64,000 nt of DNA from Antedon mediterranea (lineage: Eukaryota > Animalia > Echinodermata): NCBI RefSeq assembly GCF_964355755.1, contig NC_092677.1:16700101-16764100 (forward strand), read 5' to 3'. The notes below the pieces were generated by a model that searched no databases, was not told the origin of the DNA, and saw nothing but the letters and a program-made list of their open reading frames with translations. Shown here piece by piece: positions 1-13,700 of the stretch; the stretch's first letter is position 1; each line of letters begins with the position of its first letter. The position numbers were made by a program, and so were the translations under genes.

Positions 1-477
1 TGAAATACTTTTTATACTTCATACTAACAAAAATATTTTATTAAATTTGTTTTCTAACATTATTTACTTAAGCAGAAGTTTAATATTGAATAAACAAAAA
101 ACGCAATGCAAATTATTGTCGAGAACATAATTCCTTTACTAATTTCGGATCGGTCATGTTACCTCTGGTTAGTGAGTTCAGGGATGTTTTCCTCTGTTGA
201 GAGGTCTAGGAATAGAAAACAGTAAATGATGACAAGGATTCTATACAAAGATGTTACATTCATAAGTGGCAAATCTTTAATCACAATATTCTCATCATAA
301 CATATTAAGCTTAAACTACAGTACATCTGCTACTGCGTTCTATTAACTCTAAAAAAACTAACAATGAAGCATTATAAAATAAGGTCGTGTTAAATAATTA
401 TGGACCTGTAATAATTCTTCACCTTCCTATTATACCAAGGTGAACATCAATATAATATATATGTATATATAATTATA

Positions 478-533
478 TAATAATAATAATAACAACAATA
501 ATAATAACAATAATAATAATAATAATAATAATA
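478..533. repeat. (TAA/CAA)n microsatellite, lying between the two copies of a ~55 bp direct duplication (~224-279 and ~533-588)
   Basis: taataataataacaacaataat... run; aaatgatgacaaggatt(c/t)tatacaaagatgttacattcataagtgg occurs twice. Confidence 0.85.
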
Positions 534-1179
534 AATGATGACAAGGATTTTATACAAAGATGTTACATTCATAAGTGGAAACTCTTTATTGACGCCAGAC
601 CACCCTGTCACCTTGTGCACTTAGATTATCCGGGGGGTGTACACATACATTTTTCTTAGAGCCTGTTTCTGCTGAGCAGCGATTATTAACCGATTTTTTT
701 TTTAATCGATTATTTTGGGCAGCAGAAACGGCGCAAACTGAAATAACCGATTAAAAAATAACCGATTAAAAAACATTCAATCCATTGCGTGTTTTAACCG
801 CTTATTTCTTGTTTTAAACGATTATTGCGGAGCATTTTTTAGCTTCAACACAAATAGCGATTATTGACCACACTTTGACCTCTACAGTTTGGCAACCCTC
901 ATTCACATGCTGTTTCGACGACGAAAAAGCAAAACAAAGATGTGGACCGATATGAGATGATAACAATCAAATGTTAAACATTTGATTGTTATTATTTTAT
1001 GGGTGAGAATTATACCGAGAAACTCTAGGATTCTGCGTTACAAGTACACCGTATATCCCACCAGTCCAGGCTAACGATGTTTTGCATATCCTTTTTTAGG
1101 CCTGTTGTTTCGGTAGAAATATTTAGCCTAGCTAGGCCCTACTAGAGTAGAACCAACGGCGAAACGAACTTTTCTGAAA

Positions 1180-2358
1180 GTGAACTTGAGGTCGAAAGAG
1201 TACATTTTCGTTCCCCAATTGGTGCAAGTGGTCATGCGGTTTTGATGATTATTTTGAGCTAGAGAGTGCTCGTTTGAAGTTGATTCTTCTCTCAAACTTA
1301 ATTATTCCAAAGCTAACTTTTGTTCTATAAACTCATTCTTCCAGGCCCAAAATTGGAATGTTATCCTTGATAAACCCATAAATCAGGCTTGGGATACCTT
1401 TATTAAAAAATACAATAATAAAACCAAATTTGGTTTGGTTTGTATACAATGAGGCTGTTTCTAAATATGTCCCTAAGATTAATATTACCCGTTCTTACAA
1501 ACCTTCGAAACACAAATGGAGGACGTCAAAAGTATTACGCAACATTGAAAAGAAAAATCTCGCATGGAAGCGATACATGAAAAGACGTACTCAGTCTAGA
1601 TATAGGAAATATTGTAAAGCCATAAATGCATCTGTAACTGCAGTGAGGCTAGCTAAAGCTTGATTTTAAAAAGATATTGCGACTAACGTTAAATCTTCTC
1701 CTAAATCTGTTTTCTCTTATGTGAGAAGCCGTACCTCGATTAAATCGAACGTTAGTAATATAAAATGCCATGACGGTTCCTTTGCAAATTCTAATTTTGA
1801 GTGTAGCCAAGTTCTAAACTCCTCTTTTCATGCTTTGTTCGATCCCGAGAATACCACATCCATACCTTCTTATCATTTTCATGGGCCACCACTTGAAAGC
1901 GTCCAGATAACTATGGATGATGTATCTTCTGAATTAAAGAATTTAAAGGCAAACTCCTCTCCTGGACCTGATGGTGTTCATCCAAGTGTTCTAAAGGAAT
2001 GCGTAACGTAACTTACCTTGCCTATTTTTCTTTTATTCCAAAAGTTACCTCTGGAGAGCTCCCTAATGATTGGAAAGATGCTCATATTACACCTATTCAT
2101 AAAGGAAGTTCCCGTGTTGTACCATCTAACTACCGTCCTTTTTAATAAAGCCTTGTGTGTAAACTCCTTGAGAAATTTATAAAAAAAATATATTATGCAC
2201 CATCTTGAATCTAATAATTTACTTAGCAAACACCAACACGGTTTTCGGTCCCGTCGATTCTGTCTTACCCAACTTTTAGAATTTGTTTAAGATTTACACA
2301 ATGCTAAGGACGATGGTGACCCAATAGATTTTATCTATCTTGATTGCAGATAGGTTTT
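1180..2358 (+). mobile_element. Degenerate CR1/L2-group LINE ORF2 fragment (endonuclease end, linker, start of RT)
   Basis: Motifs across broken frames: PIGASGHAVL, SSPGPDGVHPSVLKEC, NLLSKHQHGFRSRRFCLTQLLEF, DDGDPIDFIYLDC; many stops and frameshifts. Confidence 0.85.
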
Positions 2359-3880
2359 TAAACCCAAAGGGTATTACATTTTACAAACAATTTGTATTTA
2401 ATCTTGTAATTACATTTATCAATAATCTTGTAATATTTCTGGGAGATCGTTTAATTTGAATTCAGAAAAGTTATATTAAATTCATAAGAGCATAAATTTT
2501 TGTTCGTCGCCATAGCAGCTAGCGCTAAAAATACAAAATATTAATCATGCCACCAAGAGGTTGTTGAGCATGTGCAGTATAGTAAACAATATATTAGGCA
2601 CGCGACTGTTTCGTTGTTAACGACGGTTAATTAAACTGTGTTTATTTTGTATATGTAGAGTCATGGAAGCTTTGATTTCAAACGGATGAATATCCTTCTA
2701 TTCCTTAATCCATGGGTATATATATACTGGATTATTTAAATTTGAACAGATTATACACAGTATACATCTTTAAATTTATTAGTCACATATTGGCACAGCT
2801 TAGAAATCCAATTTTCACTATTTGTTTGCCATACTATTCTAGGATATCATAAATGGGATTGTTTTGTATTGTCTTTACAATTAAATTTAATTGAATCCTA
2901 AATATGTAATTGTACATCTCCACACACCCAGGTAAAAAAATACATTTCTTACACACTGCATTGGACCTTGATGGAAGATATCCTTCCATTGAAACCAATA
3001 TTTTTTTTCATTTATTTTCACATTCTCAGTGCATTCACGTGGATCACGATTGAAGTCCTCGAACTCATAGATGATTATCTAATTATAAAAAAAATATGCC
3101 TAATGGTAAATAAAATATATATAGATGTGAAAGTCGAATGAAATAAATACACCACAAAATTAGGTGTCAAAAATGTATTTGAATTTGCGATTTAATACTT
3201 TGTTAAAACTGTCAAGTCGATTGAAGTAGTAAAGTACATGTAACGATAGGCCTACACCACTAAGACGTTCATATTTGTTTATAATTAATTATATGTGTTT
3301 ATATATCTAACAGTAGGGCCTACCCACACTCACAGTAATACAGTTTATTTGTATATGTGTTTAAATATCAAACAGTACTCACAGTAAGAAATTTGTGATT
3401 CAAATGGCGACCAAAAATGGTTAATACGTATTTACAGTATTGTCAAAGTATTGCAATACTATATCTAAAGGTTTTAAGTTTATTCGCAAGGACCCATAAA
3501 TTTACTTACTTGTGTTAAACCAAATAATTATACTGAGACCGAGAGATTGGAATCAAAAAACAATTATGGTAGGAGGAGATAGGTAAATGCGAAGCATCCT
3601 CTTATTATTGTGTGCGGGTATTTTTCAAGATGGACATCCATTAGACAGTGTATACCACGATCGGAAAACACCCCTATTTGGTGCAAATCGTTGGACCTAA
3701 ATTCGTTTTTGCCAATAACTAATTATCTAACTCAATTTAATTAGTAAACAGGGTTATACCAGGTGGTTAAAATCAGTACCGAAAGTACGAACCAACTTTA
3801 TATACCATCGAGTAAACATTCTAGAAGTAACGCGCGATTTACCGAATTTTGCCCTTACGTAAATTTATATATATATAAAT

Positions 3881-6150
3881 ACTATTCAAAGTTTTACACA
3901 TCTATTACCGCATTATTTTTAATTAATCTGTTAAGTAATTCACCAAGACTTCATAAGCTTTGTGTAAAATTTGGTTTAGCCAGTGATACCTTGATGAGTA
4001 CTGTTGATAATCTATCACTAGAAAACGTTGTATTAGAGTTAGGTGATCTTGATATCGGAGAAAATAATGTTTCCGTACAATTTGAATGCAAAAGGCTACC
4101 CACAACCAAATGCATTGGAAGCCACGCAGAACGTTTTGACGGCTTACAACACTGCAAAAATCAAATGTTTTGGTACAACAAGAATACATGCTGTTACGAG
4201 AACTCAACATGGTTGAATACCACATTTTTTACCGTTGATGTTCCAGGCCCAGCTGTAATCGGTCTTCCCACATGCAACAACTCCGCATTGTAACACTGCA
4301 TTGTAATATCAACAACACACCAACCAAACACAATCCCGTAGTCAATAACATCGAAGAACTTTACCCGAACTAGTTTGATCATATTGGTGAATTCAAAACG
4401 ATACACAAGCTTGTTGTATGCCAATTGAAGAGCCAACAGAGTGGGTAAGCTCACTAACGTATGTGACAAAAACAGATGGTATCATTCGTTTTTGTTTGGA
4501 CCCCAAATATTTAAACAAGGCACTGGTCCGTCCGCAACACAGAATTCCGACACTTGAAGAAATAAATCATAGACTCGCCAACGCAAAGTTTTTTTCCAAA
4601 ATCGATGCCAAAGCCGGTTATTGGTCAGTAAAGTTAAAGATCACGGCAGCAAGAAACTTACCACTTTTCAAACACCCTTTGGACGCTATTGCTTCCAGCG
4701 TTTCCCTTTCGGATTGTCTGTGAGCCAGGATATATTTTAGCTTGAGATGGATCGAATCATTGGAAAATGCGAAGGTGTTTGTGGAATTGCAGACGACATA
4801 GCAGTATTTGGTTCCACTGAACAAGAACATGATGCTAACCTGATTAACTTCATGAAAGTTGCAGAACAATCCGGCCTCGTTTTAAACTCGACCAAATGTC
4901 ACATCAAACAAGATAATATAAAATTCTTTGGTAACGTCTGCACCAATAAAAGGGAATTAAAGCAGATCCCAAGAAAGTTCAAGACTTAAGAGCCATGCAA
5001 ATAAAACAGAACTTCAACAATTTCTTGGAAATATGAATTACCTTTCGTGTTTCATTAAAGACTATACTTAAGAAGGACGTTGAGTTCCTTTGGGAAACAC
5101 ATCATGCAAAAGCATTTGAAGCTTTAAAACTCGAAGTTTCCGAAGCAACTTTACTACAATATTATGATGTAACCAAACCTGTAATTCTTCAATGCGACGC
5201 AAGCATACTTGGACTAGGGGAAACACTGTTACAATATGATCGTAACGATCAACTAAAACCAAACTTATGCAAGTAAAAGCTTTACAGACACCGAATAACG
5301 TTATGCATGTATCGAGTGAAAACTATTATCAATTGTATTTGGGTACAAAGATTTCACACATTTATTTTGACGAAGTTTCCACGTTATTACGGATCATAAG
5401 CCATTGATAATGATAACAAATAAACCACTAACATCTGCACCTCCTAGATTGCAACGGATTCTGATCAAATTACAAGGATATAATTTTAATTTGCTAACGC
5501 CTGGAGTTTCGATCATACAACTTCTTCACCCAGACGATCCAAAGGTAATGGGTACATCGAACGTCAAATACGGACGGTAAAATCAATATTAAAGAAAGCT
5601 AAACAATCGTCAACCGATTATAAACTTGCATTTCTTCATTGGAGATCAAAGATAATGCACTTGACACATTACGCTCTATTTCCCCTAAATTGAGGATAAT
5701 TTACTTGAGATATTAATTTAAATGGAGATTAGAGTTTAATAATGACAATTCACTGGTATGAACAGTTTGTAATATATCTATTCATATTATGTGATCAAAC
5801 TCCTCCTCCCCTTAGATTATTTTTATGTTTGGAGGAAAACTCCATATTTGTTTCATACTTCATATCCATTTTGATACAGACTATTCTTGGAAATTCTACA
5901 AAATAATGCATGTTTGATTTATATCAAAAAGGTTGCTGTTTCATTTAACGAGAAGGATAACAAATATTTTCTCCATTTAGAATTCATGGTTTATAACACA
6001 GCTATTAATTAACACCCTAAAGTAAACTTTTATTTGATTAATTATTAATTTCGGTTTGGTTTAAATTAAAAATTACTGAGCCGTGAAAAAAGGGTGGTGC
6101 TCAAATTTTGAATGCGGAACAAACCATTAGATATGGCACACTCTACAGCT
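3881..6150 (+). pseudogene. Remnant copy of the last exon and 3' UTR of the LRR gene, with its middle replaced by a Gypsy fragment
   Basis: 3881-4068 is near-identical to 14211-14411; 5646-6150 is near-identical to 15129-15635 (stop codon and 3' flank). Confidence 0.9.
4069..5645 (+). mobile_element. Internally deleted Ty3/Gypsy (K02A2.6-like) pol fragment: protease end, RT, RNase H, part of integrase; no LTRs
   Basis: EEPTEWVSSL, IRFCLDPKYLNKAL, FSKIDAKAGYW, GIADDIAVFG, LQCDAS, TDHKPL, TSSP..SKGNGYIERQIRTVK. Confidence 0.9.
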
Positions 6151-6506
6151 TATATTTGATGTGTCTGGTTTTTTCACATTAAAAAGGGTATGCATAAGTC
6201 GACACGTAACTCAATTTCAGCTGAACGAATAGAAACTACTTGTATATTATTAAGCATCTCACCGCAACTCATGCCAACAAATTTCGCGCAACTGTGAGTT
6301 AATTGCAGTTTCATTCAGTTGCTCTGCACTCATTTCGACCAGTTGTTGAGTTCCGTGTCTCAACGTATAACACCACTTACTACTTTATTTGCACAAGCTT
6401 ATAACACAAAGTAACATTTTAAGAAATTTCAGACACTAGGGTTTTTAAACAGGTTATAATTATTGCAAACTCACAGTAATGTTTCTTTTAATATCTTATA
6501 AATTAG

Positions 6507-8158
6507 ACAAATTAGAAGAGTTTGAGAATGAATGAATCTGTTGAATTAAAAACAGGTAAGATAGTGTTGTTAATATTGTTGTTCTTGCAATTTAAATGTG
6601 GCACTCTAATTATAATCTTGAGCAGCAGTTTTTTTGTTTTTTTGTTATCCAAATAACATTGCAAACAATTACGAACAGCTCAACAACCAGATTGTAACAA
6701 TATTAATAAATGGCGAGATTCATTTCGCTTTTTTTCAGGTGAGTTGAGAAGGTATGTAAAAAGAAAACTTGAACAAAAACAAATTTCTTTAAAAACAGAA
6801 GAATTTGATGAAGCAGTGACAAGTAGCAAATATGTTACAAGTAAAGGTGGGTATAGAAAAAATGTATACACTATATAATGTTTAAAGTGTACTATGACGT
6901 CATATGACTACCATATTGAGGAACATCACACGTTGATAAAAAAAATGAAAGTGTAGACAGGGCTTAAGGCTCAGACAAATAATATAATGAAAGGTTACGT
7001 TTTATCAATAATTTTAAAAATATAAGTGTTCAGATGATTAACATTAAAATTACTGTTACGGTTGTTTGTTGATGCATCGCAAATTAATAAATTATCATCA
7101 TTTATGACATGCTTTTCCAAAATCACTGAGTGTAGTCGCGTCTGTCTATTGGCGAACATAAAAATCACTGCTGCAAATAAAAAAGTGTGTACGACCCAGC
7201 ATTAAACTTGTTTTAAATTTGCCGCGTGCCTTTTTCATTCATTCCATGTATTGCTGCTATGGCTTTAAAAGTGCTGTCGTGGGTTTTCCACGGAGTGTTA
7301 CTATATGGGTTTCAAACGTTTTGTCGGTCATGATATTTAGAATAATATTTACCGTGACTGGGGTTTATGCTTCTTATTTGTTAATGTGTATTCTTTGTTA
7401 AAGGTCTTGATTGATATTACATAGAGGACATATGTACTTCTTTGAGGAGAGTTTGCAGTTACATAATGCCTTATGAGGGTGTGCCCAGAGATACAGATGT
7501 CATAAGATCTTTGAAAAGAATGGAATACGGCTCTGAATTGTTTAAATTGATTGAAAGAACAGAAATAACAGACGATATTGGGAAAATGTTAACTCATTGT
7601 TTGTTTGTTGTAACAAATGAAAGTAACTTTGTATCACAAGTTATTGAATTATGTACCGACGATGTTGTAAAGGGTCTATCTGAAGAATTACACAAATTCA
7701 ATTTCCAATACAATATTCGAGTATTCTCGAATAAAAATGTTACTGAATCATTTTTATTTCATCTACTAAGTAATTCGCTAAGACTTCGTAGGGTTTGTTT
7801 AGGATTTAGGACAATAGCAAGTAAAACTTTGACCAATACTGTTGATGCTCTAGCAACAGAAAAAGTTGGGTTGGAATTACGTCATCTTGATATCAGCACG
7901 AATAATCTTGGTAATATCGAAGGTACCTCACTAGCTATGTTACTGTCTATTTGCCCTAAACTACGATCATTATACATTTTCAACTGTAGTTTATCCGGTG
8001 CTATTATTGATGGTATAATAACCGAGTGTGTTAGTACGGAACTAGTGTTGAACTTAGATAGTCTTGATATCAGCCGTAATGAAATTACGATGCTCGTGCA
8101 GGTTTATTGTCCAAGCATTTATGTATTAGGCTTACTGTATTATTTTACTACATTATAA
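6507..8158 (+). pseudogene. Diverged, truncated paralogue of the LRR gene
   Basis: Exon 6739-6846 (ELRRYVKRKL...) is homologous to 13134-13238. Last exon from 7404 has an in-frame TGA at 7412, then DIGKMLTHCLFV.NESNF and LRRs that break off near 8080. Confidence 0.8.
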
Positions 8159-8309
8159 GCTACCGTATGTATTTTCATCTTTGTACAATAAACTACAACA
8201 AAGGAAGGTTCTTGATTATATATTTCTTTTTCACCACCAATCCATTGGAATATACAACACTGCAGATAATTTACGTATCCCGACGGCCGCGAAAGGCCGC
8301 CGAAGGCAG

Positions 8310-8568
8310 TTATTTTAATTTTATTTTATTACACCTTATTTATAGATGCGGTGACCCTATACAGCGTATACTGACAATCAATGGGCCCTGTTGATGAGTG
8401 ACAGTGGCTGTGTGTACACCGGGGTAACCCCCTACTCGTCTCGAAAGATGTACTAGGTTTTTTTAAAGTGCACATGAACCAGATGTGTACACTGGACCTA
8501 CGGTTTATAGCCTTATCCGAGAAGACTCGTTCTGCCACCAGAACCATGGAGCGAGTGAGGCTCGAACC
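8310..8568 (-). mobile_element. tRNA-derived SINE with Deu/Nin-like core, 5' truncated at the B box
   Basis: Minus strand reads ggttcgagcc (B box) ... cttctcggataaggctataaaccgtaggtcc ... tttcgagacgagtagggggttaccccggtgt, resembling the DeuSINE core; A-rich tail. Confidence 0.7.
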
Positions 8569-10716
8569 ATTGCCGATGTAAATATGGCAATAACTATTAA
8601 CAATAACAATTATAACTTTCTAGACATTTAGTGATGGATTAGTGATTAATGATACACTAGTACTATTTCTTATAGAAGGGCTAAATGCCAATTTACACAG
8701 ACGAGCGGTAATGGTAAGATGAAAATCGCATGCTTATGGCCTGATACTAAGTTGGCGATAGCTTCCGCACAGTACCAGCCGGCTGTCCGCTCCACATTTT
8801 CTATCTGGTGATATTGTTGATTGCATGTGTTAGTAAGAAAATCAAGTTACAATTAGATAACTTTTTTATTCACAATGTACCTTGAATATTAGCTATGTGG
8901 AACCACCTGCATTTTCAAATATATGTTATATTATTGAATAAAAACGGTCTTCCTTTGGCTGTAAAAAAATGTTTAGTACCATAACCACTGCAAATAATGC
9001 TGTACATACAATACAAAATATTTCACAATATTTCCCTTATGTAAAAAATAGGCATTTGAAATAACATGACTCTTAACTTAAGGAATTCTTATTCAAAATA
9101 TATGTTTTATTTCCATGTTTATTTTCAGCAGGATTGTTTACAACTCGTCACGGTTGAAAAGGTGTTTTCACACTGATCGAACAAGCGCGTTGCATTATGA
9201 GATATGTTTGATCGAAAACTTTGACTGGAATTCAAAGTTATTTTTTGAACAAAAAACCTCTGTATTTCAGTTAAATGATTTTTTTTCCGACTAATTTATG
9301 ATACTTCAAAATGACCCACTTTTTTTGGAAATCTTTTTATTTTTTTTGGAATTAGTCAAAGGGACAATACATCTTTAATTAATCGAATTTAAAAAAAAAT
9401 AATACATGACTTGATTTTAAAGATGACTTAAAGAAAGTTAAAGATATACTCTTAAATAGTTATCCACAAAATCTGATTTATCAAATACTGTAATATGCCA
9501 ACGTTAAGATTTCAACATTATGCAAATTAGGCGGAAGAATCAATCAATCAATCATGTCCATAACTACTATTGATGATAATGTAATTAGGAAGGAAGAACG
9601 ACGAAATGTGTGCGAAAGCGCAGTGATTTGTGTACAATTATGTCTTGTATTCATTTCTGTTCGAACGTTTGGTAGTCTAATCAATTATGCCTACACTGAA
9701 GTGTACAACAACTTTGTAAGAAGCTGTCGCCGATAACATAACTTTTCAAACCATAACCATTCATTTGTCCGCCCGAATGGCACCCAAGTTGGTTTCCTGC
9801 TTCATTTCTACAATTAACAAGAATGTCAAATGCTAACAAATGTTGATGAAAATGTGCAATATTTCATACACTATTTGTATTACTATGGTTATTCCTGAAA
9901 GTGTGCGAAATTTAAATGCTGGATTTCAAATCGACTGAAGATATGACTGACAGATAGTATACTGCATAGCTCAGAGTAAGTACAAGAAATTAAAAAAACA
10001 AAGCCATGGGACAAATTTAAAAGCAATTCAAACACTGCATAAGGAATCTAAATTTATCATGGAATATGGCAATGATACAACATTAAAAATATAGATAAAT
10101 AATTCGTAGTAGACACACTATAATGTTGCGTTTTATTAATTTTTGTTTTTGTAATTTTTACATTCTTTTATTTTTGCAAGTTACAAAACATTACAGTTCT
10201 GTTGTTTTATGATTGTAAATAAGCTCATTATGTCGGTGTGTTGGTCGGTCGGTGGGTTGGTCGGTAAACACTAATTTAAGCATGCGACTGCAGCCATGTA
10301 TATGGCCTTGTTAGTTTATATTTGTTAGTATAAAAAACTAGTTTATAGAAGTACAGTAAGTATTGTTATATTTTGGCTCAATTGGCTGTTCATACATTTG
10401 ATCTTTTTAATCATGGACTTTGGTACAATATTATTCAGATAATATTGTTTTTTATCTTTATTCTGAGTCAAAGGTCGTATGTTCAGTTTTTGCTGTACAT
10501 TATTTAATCCACTTGATAAGTATACATGTAAGAATTTCCTGTTATCAGTGGTTTGCAGCTCTTTCTAATTTATTTTTAAAACTGGGTAAATCTACCAAAT
10601 AGAAGGGTTGATGAAATTACAAAGTTGCTTTGTGATTTCTTCTAACTATAATTGTTATAATTATACCCATTCTATTTTGACAGAAATGAAGGCAGGAATT
10701 ACGACTGTTTGACAAC

Positions 10717-13700
10717 ATGGCTAAATCAGGTAGGCCTACAGTATGACTTTCATTATTTAAAGTACTGGCCCTTTAATTTTTTAGATTTTGTCATTTGTCA
10801 CAGATGAAGATTGTGATTTATCTAGGATATTGTGAACTTGAATTCAGTCAGGTAATTGTTTACCATTTAAGCACATGTTATTGTGTTATAGATCTAATTA
10901 ACATATTACCCATTTGGTCATGTACCGTTTGTAGAGTAGAGATTTTGTTGTATTTGTAATACAAGTTAAATCTTTTAAAATCATCAAAGAAGTATTTGTT
11001 GAAAGGTTATTTAAATATTATTTTCTATTTCCTCTAGAAATATCGGACAAATCTTTTAAAGCGGCTTTATTATGTTTCTCAACTTGGTATGATGATCGAT
11101 CACTTATCAGGAAACTGAAAATTTTGTATCAAGGTTATATTGCAGAAGCTGACATACACAATGCCTCTAAAACTATGGACTTAATGAATCAATTAACTGA
11201 TTCTGGACATCTACATCCAAAAGATCTCACTCTTCTCTATGAAACCATAAAGTCCACTAAACAGTTTGCTATTTTAGACAAACTTCAAAATCACATACCA
11301 GTACCATCTTTTTCTAATGTTAAAGACATGATTATTTCAAAATTCAGCCATCATCAACAACAAGTTCTGAATTTAGGAAATGCATTAATAGAGGAGGATG
11401 TGTTAAAAATTGATAATTTGTACAATGATCCACCAAAGAATCATAAAGATGGATGGGATCTTATACTCCATCTACAACACAAAAACATCATTTGTGAAGA
11501 AAATGAAAAAATGGATGAATTTATTGAGACTTTGAAAAGTCTTAAAATTCCTCTAGCTGTGAAAGCTCTTACAAAAGGTATGTTTATGTTTAAAAAAACC
11601 GTTTTAATGCATTTTACAATATTGCAGTATGTAATACAGTAATTTAACAAAAATCAATAACCAATCAGCCAAATAACCAACCAACTAAACAATACTAATA
11701 ACGAAATGAAAGGTTTATAATTTAAAGCTAAATAGTCCAAAATGATTTTGACTATTACTATGAAATTATTACAATGAAATGTACTAAAATATTCAAACTC
11801 TCTAAAATCCAATCAAAAGACAGGATGGCAAAAGGGCCAACACTCTTATCAGTTAGGCATTAATCAATTAATGAAATATAGCTTCAGTTATTGCATTGAT
11901 TGCAGGTATACTATACAAAAGAAGTATATTTTTGAACCATTAAAGTGTCTTTTTATATAGAGGCTCAAGTAAAAGTAGTTCTCAAACGAAAAAGAAAGAA
12001 ATCTAACCCCAAAGATCAACTTCCTCCAAAAAAGGCTCTAAATGAATGCCTACTGTCATCAGAAAGAAGTCCTGATGAGAATCAACCTCCTTGTCAAAGT
12101 ACGAACCCTGTTGACATAATAGATCATCTGGATAAACATAAAGGCAATCTAAAGTTTGGTGATTCATCACAATTTACTGATAAACTGCAAGATCTTGTTA
12201 ACTACTACAGTCGGCATGGTGTAAAATTAACCTGTATGAAAGAAGGATCTATAGTCTTCCACTTATCTGTCATTGATAAATTTGCACTAATAAATCTTTG
12301 GAAAATGGATCAAAGTGGAACTCTGTTGAAAGACCTAGCTGAAATAGTGGTGGCAGAGGAAAACCAGCAGAAATTGTTTCAAGATGAATGGATCACACAC
12401 ATTAATCAACTTGATTACCACAATGCACTTTGTAAGCTCAAAGAAAAAGGTAAAAATAATTAATAATTGTTGGTCAGACCTTTAACTTATAACATATAGT
12501 GTACATGTTTAATATATTTAACATGTAGTTTTAACACAATCCAAAAGTTATCATTTAACACCTACTGGTAATTGAGTTCCACAAGGTTCTATTCCTGGAC
12601 TCTTTCTTTTTAAAATATAAAAAAATTAAACAAATTAATTAACAAAAAAGCACGAATGTGCGATACTCGGGGTGCAGCAAAAGAAGCTGTAATGACGTCA
12701 TAAGACGGGATGTGACGTCACATACACATCAATAACCTACCAAATACGGCTATATGGTACCATCTTCGAGACGTCATATGGCTACATCCGAATTGAAATC
12801 TAAAAATCCGGCTCTATAGATTTGAGGACATGTCCCTGTAGTATATTCATGCTAAATCCCAGCTCAATACTACAACTAATAAGGGAGGAGTACGAGTAGT
12901 ACTTTAAAAATCGCACTTTTTACTCAATAGTGTCCAGATGGAGGAGAAGGAGAAAATGAGTAAGTACTAGACTCGGGTACCCCGAGTAAAAATAATCGTG
13001 GTTAGTGAGAGTGAGAATTGTTTTCATAAACAATTAACATAAACACCCTTCAAGTCGTTAATTTTCTTTTTTTTAGATTGGTATTTATTAATACATTTAT
13101 TATCAAAATTACTGTATAATGATTTTTTAATAGGTGACCTAACAGAGTATGTAAAAATGAAACTCACGGAATCTTTAAAAATGGAAACCAACACACCAGC
13201 AGAAGCAATGGAACGTAGCATGCAGATTGCAAGTGAAGGTGAGTTTCTGAATTATAACTGCATAATTATCAAAAAAAATGTAGTGTGCCACTGAAGGAAG
13301 AATCAATGATATGCATATTCATATATACTTTGAAATACTGCAAATTGATAAATAATGAAATCAAAAAGGTAGGTGAAATTAGAATGTAAAAGGAGTGTGT
13401 GATTCAGAAGCTTTACACATTGTGGGATGGGAAAGTTGTCACTAAAACAAAATACTCCACCGTTAAAAAAAAGGAATTGCCAGTCTGCTTTGAAGAACGT
13501 GTAGAAGTTCCTAGTAACAACATTTTTTTTGTCTGCACTGTTCTAATGATGCAAACTTAGAAACATGGACATACAAATGTTTCTTGGCCGCAGCAAAAGG
13601 GTGGTGCTCAGATTGTGTACATGTCCACACCGTACATGTTTTCGATGGCAATATTCATGCACACGAATCTGTTTCCTTTTTTTATACAAATTATGATCGT

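Noticed and set aside
960-992. 16 bp-arm palindrome as a regulatory site
   Set aside because: AT-rich, single occurrence within repeat debris; no functional context
8310-8568. Extending the all-plus orientation claim to the whole left half
   Set aside because: This SINE is on the minus strand, so the claim is restricted to ~18-46.8 kb
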